NCBI RefSeq assembly: GCF_006345805.1
Contig: NC_043012.1
Location: forward strand, 19,902,001-19,966,000
Origin: Octopus sinensis
Lineage: Eukaryota
Direction of reading: 5' to 3'
DNA: 64,000 bases
Below the pieces are notes generated by a model. The model was not told the DNA's origin, did not search any database, and saw only the letters and a program-made list of their open reading frames with translations. The position numbers and the translations under genes are program-made. Shown piece by piece: positions 1 to 12,090 of this stretch; positions within the stretch are counted from its first letter, which is position 1; each line of letters starts with the position of its first letter.

Positions 1-227
1 AGTTAAATGTTCATATTTTAACAATTGATAAATAATTTGAATGTGTAATTTCAGTTTTAATTTCAAATTTTATGATTATATGCGTATCTATTTACTTCCG
101 TCATGCCTGTGAATATATATATGTGCGTGTGTGTGTCCCCATCCGTTTCTGTATGTGTGTATATGTATGTGTATGTGCGCGCGTATGTGTGGGTGTATGT
201 GCGTGTGTGTTACTGCGTCACACATAC

Positions 228-322
228 AAAGCCAGGTTTGTACAGATGCTGGTAACTTAGTTGATGGGTCAATGTTTCCGACGAAATATCCGTTAAGATG
301 CTTCTCCACAATGGCTGCCGAT
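228..322 (-). CDS. Candidate 95-nt internal exon of an unidentified host gene
   Basis: Minus strand has a pyrimidine-rich tract ...tttccttatcatgtatctttaacttgcttcaaccacAG, then 95 nt of non-repetitive sequence, then GTATGT. Two frames are open (SAAIVEKHLNGYFVGNIDPSTKLPASVQTWL or RQPLWRSILTDISSETLTHQLSYQHLYKPGF). No protein recognised. Confidence 0.35.
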
Positions 323-1274
323 CTGTGGTTGAAGCAAGTTAAAGATACATGATAAGGAAACATTATTTTTGATACTGAAATGCGTCACTATTTCACGTCA
401 GATTACAAACTTCTTCAAGTTTCGTTTCCCATAGTAGATGTCAAAAATAGATACTACTTTCTCATTATCGTTTTCCAGTGTCGGATAAATAATGGATTAC
501 AAGCTATTTATGGTTTGCACATAGCTCAGATAATGGAGGGATAGATATTTTCGAAAGCCAACAGAACGAATAAATCCAATCATGACGATACTCGTCACAA
601 AAATTACATTATAATCTGAAATTCTTGACTTTAAGATCAAGAGATATTTCAAAATAGAACGGAGCGTATTTAAATTTAAAACTATTTACTTTCCTAAATG
701 GAGGGTCTCTAATTCTCATATATATAGAGAGATATTTAGTGGAATGTTGCCACAAAATTGCGATTAAATGTACGACAGGTGAATCAATACACACAACTAT
801 GTAATACCTTTGGCTTACCTTACAATTTCTGGCGTATATCTAGAAAGTTATTTCATTGTTTTAATCTGTACAAGCAAATTTCATTGATTTTATCACTAAC
901 ATTCCAGAAATATTTTCGCGTTTATGTGTACAGAAATAAATGGTAGTCAACTGGATATGTGTATATAGGTGAAGCTATGTTGTTGTAAATGCATATTTGG
1001 ACTTATATTGCGTGCGTTTTAGAAAATGCTTACAGTATATCTAGGAATTACAGTCATGGCTTAGGCGCATGGCTCAGTGGTTAGAGCGTCGAGGTTACGA
1101 TCGTGAGATTGTGAGGTTGAATTCTCGGCCCGGGCGGCGTGTTGGGTTCTTGAGCAAGACGCTTTATTTCCCATCGTTTATATTTGACGGATATTTGTCC
1201 TCATCTTCTTCAGGTGTCTTGGGGATAACCTGGATTCTCATTCCTAAGGTTTTCTTCGATCTTGTTGTTATTGT

Positions 1275-1308
<34 letters not shown>

Positions 1309-1389
1309 ATTGTTGTTGTTGTTGTTGTTGTTGTTGTTAACCACTACGCCATATGCCCGTGAGCAATTATGGAGGGAATTTTAGGGCTT

Positions 1390-1790
1390 ATAAATCTAAT
1401 ATTTTTCTATCTTTCCTTATTACCAGTTCCCATATGCTGCACATATCTCCACTCGGTCTGCTTAGGAAGTTGTTGTGTCCAAGCATATGTGCTACTTCTT
1501 TTAGTTTTTGTATTTTCCATTCGTATTTTCCGTCTATTATTTTAACTTCATCCCACAGAGGGAGGTGGTCTCCATTTTTCCATACATGATCAGCTATACC
1601 CGATTTATCAATATCTCCTCATGTCACAGATTTGCGATGTTCGTCTACCATTACTTTGAGGTGGCGGCATGTTTCCCTGTGTATAACCTTCGACGGCTGA
1701 ATGGGATGGAGTACACTCAGTCTTTGGTCATATTTTCTTCTATTGTTGGTTTTACTCGGAGGTATTTTTGAAGTCCTGTATTCACATAGG
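1390..1790 (-). pseudogene. PLE GIY-YIG endonuclease C-terminal domain, decayed
   Basis: Minus-strand translation with a frameshift and stops: VYSIPFS..RLY / ETCRHLKVMVDEHRKSVT*GDIDKSGIADHVWKNGDHLPLWDEVKII..WKIQKLKEVAHM. This fits the PLE pattern VYxIPCxC..YIGETxRxLxxRxxEH...A.H...W....I...KEA. Confidence 0.8.
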
Positions 1791-1807
1791 GTAGACATAC
1801 TGTGGAC

Positions 1808-1841
<34 letters not shown>

Positions 1842-1888
1842 TAATAATAATAATAATAATAAAAAGTAAAATTAATAATAATAATAAT

Positions 1889-1922
<34 letters not shown>

Positions 1923-2011
1923 GTAATAATAAAGATAATAATAATAATAATAATGATAATAATATCGAAGAATACCCTAGGAATGAGAGCCGAGGTGCGA
2001 AATTTCCCCAA

Positions 2012-2057
2012 GACACCTGAAGAAGGCTGGAGGTTATATCAGCCGAAATGTTGTGTT
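2012..2057 (+). ncRNA. Minimal type I hammerhead ribozyme motif (PLE pseudo-LTR family)
   Basis: GACAC-CTGAAGA-A-GGCTGG-aggttata-TCAGCC-GAAA-TG-TT-GTGTT. Core CUGANGA/GAAA, 6-bp stem II, stem I GACAC/GTGTT, almost no stem III. Confidence 0.7.
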
Positions 2058-2499
2058 AACAACAAACAAGATGAGGACAGTTATCCGTCGAATGTAAATA
2101 ATGTAAATAATGTACATAATTCCTCATCTCTTAAATATAGAACTGTACTTTATTTCAGGTTGATCCAGTTCACTCAGCTGTAGAAATGAGTTGTGACATC
2201 ACATGTGCCAAGCTGTATCGGCCTTTGCCTTTCCCTTGGATAACACTGGTGGTATGGAGAAGGGAGGCCGGTATGCATGGGCGACTGCTGGTCTTCCATA
2301 AACAACCTTGTCCTGACTTGTGGCTGGGAGGGTAACTTTATAGGTGCAATCCCACGGTTAGTTATGACTTAAGGTGGTCTCAATAACAGTCATATATAGA
2401 AATTCATTTGTAACTATTATAAAATATAATATAATCGTTCGCAGTCTCAACTGATGTCCAGATAGAAGCAATTTAAACATCCTTCCATTTTCATGCACT

Positions 2500-3060
2500 C
2501 AGTGTTCAAATCAATTTTAAACTTCGCGAATCCGAGAATGTAAAGAAGCAAACCTGGACGGTGGAGCTGATGCAATATCACAATCCCATTAAATATTTCG
2601 CATCTCGTCCGGCTCCAATTATGCGAAAATCTAACGTTTTGGAAAATGATAAAGAACGTGGTAGCCGTGGGAAATCATTAAACAGTACATATTACGGCTG
2701 GTTGCTCTGATTACGAGCGCGAAACCTGGCTTCAGAGAATGTACAGAAAATCAGCGAATTTCGAATACATAGTACTTACAGATAAAAGATGTCTCCCGGT
2801 CATATCTGCTTCCAATAATCCATGTCTTGTATCTTAATAATGTTTATTATATAATGACATCTAAGAAAATTGTACGTGAATGAACTAGAGTGGATTGTGG
2901 ATACCATTCAGGAGAAGATGTGTTATACACATCAGGAGTTGCTGGCAAAGTGCTTTTTGCGTCAAGGCGATCTCAAACGATGTCGGAAATAGACGTACAG
3001 TATTATGGGAACTCATTGCACATTATACATGGTTATGACCTCAGACGTCGTTTAACTAAT
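2500..3060 (+). mobile_element. Highly decayed RTE-like LINE fragment
   Basis: gttgctctgattacgagcgcgaaacctgg (~2701-2729) resembles the RTE LLYGCETW motif. The rest is heavily degraded. Confidence 0.35.
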
Positions 3061-3286
3061 AATGCAGTTGTTTAAATAAGCTTTCAGGCGAATATATTCC
3101 ATACGCCTCTAATTGACTATTAATTTTTCTCTTCTCATCTATATTTAGGTTTACGCCTACTATCTATTTATCTATCTATCGACAGCAGTACGACATATCT
3201 ATGTCGTTCTGCTGTCGCTTTCTCCTTCTCTCTGACTCTATTTCTCTCTCTTTACCTCTCTCTCCCTCTTTCAATATACACACGCG

Positions 3287-3358
<72 letters not shown>

Positions 3359-3942
3359 CGGAGAGCACGCTATTCAATTCTTCATAGAGTAATAGAATTG
3401 TGAATTACCCACCAACAGTGTCTTACCTTCATCGATGCAGTCCACAGTGAAAATAGCCTATTTCAATCTTTCTATTCCGCGCGATTCTCCCCAGCGAATG
3501 AGCGAGTGGTGTATATATGGAGAGAGAGAGATAACAGTAAAGACACACCACTACAAACATATATATATATATATACTTAAGATGAAAGCAACGTCATCTT
3601 ATTGAGAACCTCCTTTAGAAATCATGTAAAAACTACTTTAGCCAACTTTGTGTTATCATGACTAAATGACGTTTACGTATCCTTGTGAGTGAAATGGTTT
3701 GGACGGAGAAAATATACAAATATACATGCTTTGAATTATTTGTACATGAAATCCAGATATAGAACCATGTCATATACTCTAACACTTCATTCCGCTTTCG
3801 TACTGTGTTAAGGAATAACGTGCAATGTTCAGTGAGTCAGGCGTCAATTGAACGACCTGTCAATGTTTGTCGTTGAAATAGTGACGCAATCCATCACACA
3901 TACATACACACACACTCACACACACATACACACACAGACACA

Positions 3943-4007
<65 letters not shown>

Positions 4008-5267
4008 GCATACTCATGTATATATGTGTGTAAGTTTGTCTGTGTTATTAACATGGCGTTGTTATAGAAAGAGCGAATCAGCATGTTATAGTACGTGATT
4101 GCATCAATCATGGAAGTCACTTTCAGTTCATATTCTAAGGTATAACTCACCTGCAACAATTTGTATTGGAATATTAATCACACGTTTTTCACATAGCTAT
4201 CTCTAATATGCAGTCAACATGGAGCCAAAACTTAATGAACAGAGTAAATGATGATTGATTGAAATATTCACGTCGTCTATGTTAAGTCTAAGACCTTCTT
4301 CTAATCTCGTTGGCAGTCATTTTAATGAATATTCATTATTGTAATCTATTCATTTTTAAACATTTCCATCAACCCTTCTGATCAGATGCATATTGAAATT
4401 TTCAATTCAACCAATCTCATTACAGTGAATGGTATTAAACTTAGATCAATACGCTAATGTTGCCGCCACAATTATAATCATATTTCCTACTTTTCATATA
4501 ATTACTATATATATTTTATTTCAATTACAGCTATTAAATATTAAGGCTCGTATAATTATTCAGTGATGATTTATATGGGTTTTTTTTAATGACAGAAGTG
4601 AAGAACCGATAATGGAATCACATAAATCGATGTTGTATAATCTCGATTTTTAGTGAATATAACAGTCATTTGTCATGAAGTAGATGGTATCAACGATGTT
4701 GAATCCCTCTTTTGAAGATTTAACAAACTTTATTCGGAATTGACTCTGCGATTGACGATATAGTATTATGATATATTGCGTTATTCGTAACATGGCCAGT
4801 CGTAATAGCATACATCGAAAGAAATTTTCTAGAATCGACAAGTATATAATTCTGGGCCTTTTAGAATTGACTATACTAACAAATCCACCCATCTACGATG
4901 GAGGCAAAAAGTGAGAGAGAGAAGTCATAAAAGCAGTATGTATTGAGAAATTTTTGATAGATTACTAGGTGATGTCTAAGAGAAATTACGCTATTGTTGA
5001 TACATCATTCTATTGCAGCTATATGATATGTGTTTGCGACTAAGGATGTTGTGAGGATGAATTCCTCTCGAACTGAAATAATCTTCCGACTCTGTATCAT
5101 GAACGTTTATGATACGTAAACAGTATTAATAAAGAATATTATTTAGATATACTTTTATTTTCGTTGTTTACAGAATTTTGCACCTGTATATACTCTCACA
5201 CATATAAAGTTCACAAATTTCCTTTTTGAAATTATGAATAATATTCCTTTTGATAATATTAATATAA

Positions 5268-5980
5268 TTACAAAATTTCTTTGTAGGCGATATTTTCTGT
5301 TTGATCGGCTCTAATTTTCAAATTTCTGCAGTCTGTTGCTCTACTCATAGCATGTGTAAACATAAGGAGTGGGTAAGTATACACCTACACAATCTAAAGT
5401 CTGGTCCTGTGCCTTGTTTGCTGTAAATGCGCGAGCGAAATCTTTAGGGATGCCAAAAATCAAACAAAGACTTACTTCTCATTGTTCTATGCGAATAATA
5501 TTTGGATGTTCAGACACTTCCATTAGATTTTTCGAATCCTGCTCGAGACTAACACACTTCAATAACCACTCAATAATAACAGACACTACATACTGACATA
5601 CAATATTTCTATTTTATTATTGCCCTTAACCGTTCTCACGAATCTCTTCCTATCTGCTATGGGGCCACGAATTATAAGATACATGTGGTTGGTTATTTTT
5701 TAAATACAAAATGTGAAAGCGGTTTATCATTTCAAAAATCCATATCCACGAAATAATTATACTTTTTAACGCTAGAAATCTTCCTGACGACCGCTGTTAT
5801 TTATAGAGTATTAAACACCTTCGGCATGCAAATTAGGGATTCCTTCATAGAATAACTGCTGCACTTTCTCAGCATATAAACAGCTTCGCTGCTTGTTTTC
5901 TCTGGGGATTGTACAACGGATGTGAACGACTCTCATGAGAATGCAATAAGGATCGAAAATCGATTAAACTTGTTCATCAT
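5268..5980 (-). pseudogene. Helitron RepHel PIF1-type helicase C-terminal remnant
   Basis: Minus translation ARAFTANKAQDQTLDCVGVYLPTP / AMSRATDCRNLKIRADQTENIAYKEIL* fits the Helitron pattern FAMTINKSQGQTL..VG.YLP.P..YVALSR..T.NIVYKEVL*. Confidence 0.75.
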
Positions 5981-6923
5981 TTGTTCAGTTTGCGGAGAAA
6001 TGGTTAAAAGTTACCCTCTATGTATATATGTGTATGTTTGTGGTTTTGGATTTCTATATCGTATATATATGTTTATGCTTATATGTATAGCTGTGTGTGT
6101 ATGTATGTGTGTCTGTATACGTAGCAATATATGTTTATAGATATGTATATGTATGTATGTATATATATATATATATGTATGTATGTGTGTGTGTGTGTAT
6201 TTGCGCATTTATTTTATACGCATGATTATTTGTTAATGGATAAATAAAGTAATGAATGTATCATCATATATACCTATATGATTTGATAACATGACTTAAC
6301 GAATTAACATTGAGGTGACATTATTTATATATTTATTTATTTATTACGATGTACATTGTAGAAGTTCTTTATTCTAACTGAAAATTATTGCTTGAGAAAA
6401 TTAAGGCTTTGTTTTTAAACTGAATCTCTGGTAGGTTCCTTTATTGAGACTAGATGTTTGTTATTTTAAATGTTTAATTGTATAATAATGTTGAATTACG
6501 AGGGAAATTTTTAGTGGATAAATTCATATTTCGTATTAAGTTCAAGTGAAGGCATTTGTATTGACTAAAGGATGTGTCGGTATATTCGAAGTAAGATATT
6601 TATTATAACTCCTAAGTAAGCTGTCTTCGTTAGACTAAATGATTATACATTTATGAATAAATTGAGTTAATTTATAAATTAATGATGATGATAATAATAC
6701 TAAATGAATAATTGTATATATTACCAGAATGTGACGAAAAAGTTTTACTTCCGAGTAAGTATTTCCGGTTACTTTTTATATCTATATAGCTACTTTACTT
6801 ATAAATATATAAACTTCGACTTACATTTTTTTCCTTCTTGTAGACTAAGTAATTTGGTAATTATTCTAAGATTTGCGTATGTGTAGATATGAATAAGAAG
6901 ATTACAAGGGTTATTATGTATAG

Positions 6924-7885
6924 TGTTACGAGGTGGGGACCTCCGATTCGAACTGTTACGGAATCCCTCAACCCACAGGCCAATTCGATGCAGCGAATAT
7001 TCTCGCTACGGAAACTCGTCGGAGAGGAGCGAAGAGATACAACAACAACAGCAGCAGCAGCACAGAGAGATACAGAGGCAACCGAGAGGCACAAAGAGGC
7101 AAGGCACAACTGGCTTACATTTAACAACTAGTTTATATGACAATCAATTGTTACAACATCAAATACATTTCAGATACATTTAAAAGAGGACATGCACGTG
7201 ACAATTCAATACATCATACAGGTATACCACAGATCAAAGCATTTAAACATGCAAGTAACAATATAACCGTCCGGTAACACAGTTCTATTCCAAAACACAT
7301 CAACAAGTCATATACAGTTCAATGTTCATTATACAATGTTCAAATCACAACACTGTACACAATGTCTTTACACAATTCACATTGTTCTTTTCACTGTCTC
7401 ATTTCTTTTCACTGTTCAATACATCAATTCATTGTACTTCTTTTTCTTCACATATCAATACACAATTCACGTACCTTAATTCCTAATTAGAATAGCCAGT
7501 GTCCCATATTGTAGTTCCTCTCTCTCAGTACTGCTAGCTCCAACTTGCCAAACTCCTGCCCCGAATTCCCAAATCCTCGCTCCTAAAATTCTAACTGCTC
7601 GCTTTGACGACCGAAATCCCGACTGTCTAAAAGCCTCTTACTCTATCACTACCCTCAATCCCTCTCTTAGCTCTAATATCCTCTCTATCTGCTCTCAAAT
7701 CCCTTAGTCTGTCTTTCTCGGCCCTCACATCTCTCTGACCCCTAATCGACCGGCACAAGGCCAAAGGTCCCTCCAAAAGCCATTACTCTTCCAGTAAACA
7801 AAGGGCTGTAGCTTTTTATTTCAGGCTTGCATCGCGACTTTCAACAAAGTAGGTCAAGAAATATTGTACTAGCCGAACCACAACA
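6924..7885. mobile_element. Solo LTR (probably Gypsy-type), 962 bp
   Basis: Starts TGTT and ends AACA, flanked by the 4-bp TSD ATAG (6920-6923, 7886-7889). Composition differs from the flanks. No coding signal. Confidence 0.65.
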
Positions 7886-8177
7886 ATAGTTATATATTTG
7901 TGAATAATCGTAAATATACTTACTTATGGTCATAGAGTTTATTTTATGTTATATTTGTATTATATTATATTGTATTATGTAATATTATAATATATTGTAT
8001 TATACTATATTATATTATATTATAATGCAATAAATTGTTAGTTGTCAATTGCAATTCTCTATATAATTTATTTTTAATTTGTGTTTATACCTCTATTTCC
8101 GTGGTATTCAACTTCCGTTCCAGTGAATTGAATGTTTTACATCCCTTTCAAGGAATCGTTTCTTCCTTCGTGTGTTT

Positions 8178-8212
<35 letters not shown>

Positions 8213-8364
8213 TATACATGCATGTATGTATACATACTTGTGTGTGTGTTTGTCTGTGTGTATCTGTATTTAAATTTATATTTATATCCATATATATGCA
8301 TACCTGCACACAAGTATAGAAGATATATATTTTTTGCATATATTTATATATGTATTTAAATTCT

Positions 8365-8445
<81 letters not shown>

Positions 8446-8452
8446 ACGTATA

Positions 8453-8926
8453 TGTAAAGATATGCAAGTTAGGTATGTCAATATACAAAGTATATCAAAT
8501 ACATGAAGTATAAAATAAATGCATATTTGTATACAAATATTTTTGTCATACACTCAATATCAAGTATAAAATGTGTTGAAGAAAAATATTACAAATCCAA
8601 CAGCAGTTTTTTCTTGTTCCGAAATAACGTTTGTAGATTGATTGCATCGTCGGACGAGACAGACTTCCGTCTACAAGGAAGACATTTTACATTTGAGGTG
8701 TTGACAGAAATAAGTTCAAAGATGGAACTTGTCTCATCCGTCGACCACCGAACCACAAGAAACAACTGTTGGATTTGTGATACATTTCTGTAACCCTTTT
8801 GATTCTTCATGTCATTTCTAGTCTGTGTATGTCAGGCCTTTTTTTACGCAAGTTACTTGCATTTTTTAGTATTTCCTGTATTTTCTATACGCTGTATATT
8901 GACCTCCTAACTTGACTATCCTTGCA
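8453..8926. repeat. Old ~470-bp imperfect palindrome (foldback/MITE-like)
   Basis: Nested inverted arms: caagttagg..gtcaatatac / gtatattgac..cctaacttg; acaaatccaacag..ttcttgt / acaagaa..ctgttggatttgt; ggacgagaca..ttccgtct / agatggaa..tgtctcatcc. Confidence 0.7.
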
Positions 8927-9072
8927 TTTGTTTTTCTACCCGCTGAAGTGTAATCCTCTTGAGCACTCATTAGTGTATTACATACGGAGAATATTTTATT
9001 TATATTTATTTATGATCTGTATGTACGTGTGCTTGTATGTATGCATACACATGTATAAATATATATATATAT

Positions 9073-9138
<66 letters not shown>

Positions 9139-9528
9139 CCCTTTTTACCCTTTTACTTGTTTCAGTCATTTGACTGCGGCCATGCTGGAGCACCGCCTTT
9201 AATCGAGCAAATCGACCCCGGGACGTATTCTTTTGTAAGCCCAGTACTTATTTTATCGGTCTCTTTTGCCGAATCGCTAAGTAACACCAGTATCGGTTGT
9301 CAAGCAATGCTAGGGGGGCAAACACAGACACTCAAATACACACACGCATATATATATACATACATATATACGACGGGATTCTTTCAGTTTCCATCTACCA
9401 AATCCACTCACAAGGCTTTGGTCGGCCCGAGGCTATAGTAGAAGATACTTGCCCAAGGTGCCACGCAGTGGGACTGAACCCAGAACCATGTGGTTGGTAA
9501 GCAAGGTACTTACCACACAGCCACTCCT
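9139..9528 (-). mobile_element. tRNA-derived SINE (family A, internal TA/TG microsatellite)
   Basis: Reverse complement of the copy at 9633-10100. Head GGAGTGGCTGTGTGGTAAG..GGTTCAGTCCC, tail GGCCGCAGTCAAATGACTGAAACAAGTAAAAG. Confidence 0.85.
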
Positions 9529-9632
9529 ATATATTAAGGCGCTGCTCCTACATGGCCGCAGTCAAATGGCTGAATCGTGGAAAAGATGAAAACAATAAAC
9601 AATAAAAAATAATATATAGACATATATGTATA

Positions 9633-9833
9633 GGCGCCGGAGTGGCTGTGTGGTAAGTAGCTTGCTAACCAACCTCGTGGTTCCGGGTTCAGTCCCACTG
9701 CGTGGCAGCTTGGGCAAGTGTCTTCTGCTATAGCCCCGGGCCGACCAATGCCGTGTGAGTGGATTTGGTAGACGGAAACTGAAAGAAGCCTGTCGTATAT
9801 ATATATATATATATATATATAAATATATATGTG

Positions 9834-9888
<55 letters not shown>

Positions 9889-10100
9889 TTGTGTGTCTGT
9901 GTTTGTCCCCCTAGCATTGCTTGACAACCGATGCTGGTGTGTTTACGTCCCTGTCACCTAGCGGTTCGGCTAAAAGAGACCGATAGAATAAGTACTGGGC
10001 TTACAAAGAATAAGTCCCGGGGTCGATTTGTTCGACTAAAGGCGGTGCTCCAGCATGGCCGCAGTCAAATGACTGAAACAAGTAAAAGAGTAAAGAGAGA
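9633..10100 (+). mobile_element. tRNA-derived SINE (family A), full length
   Basis: A-box TGGCTGTGTGG, B-box GGTTCAGTCCC, central (TA)n/(TG)n, 3' tail (AGTAAAAG)n. Several copies in the window. Confidence 0.85.
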
Positions 10101-10199
10101 GAGTATACCCACACACATATATACAGATGGATGTATGCGAGTTCTTATCTCAAAATTATTTCCTATATTTGTGCTATCTCTGATAATTACGATCTTCAG

Positions 10200-10800
10200 A
10201 TTCGTTCTGCTAGTGGAACTTATCTAAATGTTTTATACGTTTCCATCGCTTCTAATTTTACTTAAATTCACTTACAAAATTACTCGACGTGTGGTGGAAA
10301 ATAATTTGCACTGACATTTCTGTATCGACTATATTTCTTTTATTTCTTTTTCCATTAATCGATAATGTACCGATTGATGTTTCTCTGTAATTAAAGTGAC
10401 TTGCGTATCTCCAAACCCTGACTAACAGAGACTCACTATAATTCTGTCCTTTAAGAGGACATCGAGAAACCTCGAGTTTATTTGGTAAATCACTGTCCTT
10501 CTCAGGAAGTAGTCGTTTATTTAATATTTGTTTTAGACATCGAATTCCTTTTATAGTTTGTTGCACTGTTAGTAAATTAGTAGTTGTAATAATCTAGACA
10601 CAATACGTCGTGGTTTTGGACACATGACAACATAACATCATGATATGTAAATCAATATTACTAAATTTCTAATACAGCACGAAGTCTATATTGGTATAAA
10701 TCTGTTCGGAATCTTTGCAGCTACTACTTTTACGTGTGTCATGTTGACGCTTAAAAGAAACCTTAATCAAATGGTCCTAAACATGTCGCAAATCTAAAGT
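10200..10800 (-). mobile_element. Very decayed Penelope-like ORF remnant (linker/GIY-YIG region)
   Basis: ORF 10258-10566 contains RCPLKGQNYSESL, resembling the PLE Cys linker CPLxGxCLxxS/NxVY. Confidence 0.35.
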
Positions 10801-10997
10801 TCACTGGAGACGATTTCTATGATGGTATAGTTCTCTATTATTTAAATACTTTTATTCTCTCATCTTCATTATTTTTCTATCGTTGGGTATCATATTTGGC
10901 TAACGTGGGAAGTCTTAAATATATATATATATATTGTTGATGTATAAACTCAATATATGAAGGTAGAAGATTAACAAGTCTTTAAATATAATATTGC

Positions 10998-11412
10998 CAT
11001 CATCATCATCATCGTTTACCGTCATCCTTCCATGCTAGCAGAGGTTGGACGGTTCAACTGGGGTCTGGGAAGCCAGAAGGCTGCACCAGGCCCAGTCTGA
11101 TCTGGCATTGTTTCTACAGCTGGATGCCCTTCCTAACGCGAAACCACTCCGTGAGTGTAGTGGGTGATTTTTACGTGCAACCGACACAAGTGCCAGACGA
11201 GGCTGGCTAACGGCCACGATCGGATGGTGCTTTTTACGTGCCACCGGCACGGGGCTAGGCGTGGCTGGCAACGGCCACGATCGGATGGTGCTTTTTACGT
11301 GCCACCGGCACGAGGCCAGGCGGGGCGGCGCTGGCAACGGCCACGTTCGCATGGTTCTCTTACGTACCACCGGCACTGGTATCACAGCTGCAGTTTCCAT
11401 TGATGTTGGTCG
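10998..11412 (-). mobile_element. SINE or LINE-tail-type element with (GAT)n tail and internal ~60-bp tandem units
   Basis: (CAT)n at the left end. About 3.5 tandem copies of gctggcaacggccacgatcggatggtgctttttacgtgccaccggcac at ~11165-11375. Confidence 0.65.
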
Positions 11413-11784
11413 ATATATATATATATTACATACCTTCACAATTTGACAGAAACTTTGTTTTGCTCTTAAACAAATAATGGTGGTGAACGGATTGAATGGA
11501 ACGAGATGTGGACACCCCTTGCTAAAACGATTTGAGTAACGTAGTACCTGACAGAGACAGAGCACGAAAACAGAGAGAGCCAGTCAGTCAGACAGACAGG
11601 CAGAGCGCGCGGTGTGTGAGAGACCTCAATATTTAGACAGGTTATACTTTATGAAACTTTATAGGAAGAAGATCAAACAAGACCTAAGCAAGGTATCAAC
11701 TCCGTGCGTATGGAGCTGCAACACGTCCCACAATGCATTCTGTTTGATGATCCAATAATCCTGTCGATTAATCTATTTAAATAT

Positions 11785-12090
11785 CACGTGATCACGTGAC
11801 CGACAAGACCATCATATGTTGTTACACATCGCTGGTCACAATGCGTTCGCATTGTTTTTAGCCTTCGAATGACGCCACCCCGCTGGCTAAGCGAGCAGGC
11901 CAACAGATGAAAGGGTGGGAGAAAGAGTGGTGAAAGAGTACAGCAGGGATCACCACCCCCTGCCGGAGCCTCGTGGAGCTTTTAGGTGTTTTCGCTCAAT
12001 AAACACTCACAACGCCCGGTCTGGGAATCGAAAACGCGATCCTGCGACCGCGAGTCCGCTGCCCTAACCACTAGGCCATTGCGACTCCAC
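11785..12090 (-). mobile_element. tRNA-derived SINE (family D), full length with 12-bp TSD
   Basis: Minus head GTGGAGTCGCAATGGCCTAGTGGTTAGGGCAGCGGACTCG..TTCGATTCCC (A and B boxes). TSD CTATTTAAATAT at 11773-11784 and 12091-12102. Confidence 0.85.

Larger units (their letters stand above)
1171..2147 (-). mobile_element. 5'-truncated Penelope-like retroelement with GIY-YIG remnant and inverted pseudo-LTR copies
   Basis: 1180-1260 is the reverse complement (with internal deletion) of 1962-2100. TSD CTTTATTTC at 1162-1170 and 2148-2156. Decayed GIY-YIG coding sequence lies inside. Confidence 0.8.
1058..2381 (+). mobile_element. tRNA-derived SINE (family E), split by a Penelope-like insertion
   Basis: A-box TGGCTCAGTGG and B-box-like GGTTGAATTC at 1070-1124. 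The body resumes at 2148. An unsplit relative at ~39895-40035 reads ...gacactttatttcatattgctccagtt. TSD AATTACAGTCAT (1046-1057) / AATAACAGTCAT (2382-2393). Confidence 0.8.

Noticed and set aside
11165-11375. CRISPR-like spaced repeats
   Set aside because: The units are contiguous with no unique spacers, there are no cas genes, and the context is eukaryotic.
11035-11565. 176-aa ORF with repeated WPLPA motifs
   Set aside because: It arises from the tandem 60-bp units of a retroposon.
12015-12090. Possible tRNA gene (also SINE heads at 1064, 9633, 39895, 42599)
   Set aside because: A/B boxes are present but there is no acceptor stem, and the sequences continue into SINE or PLE bodies.
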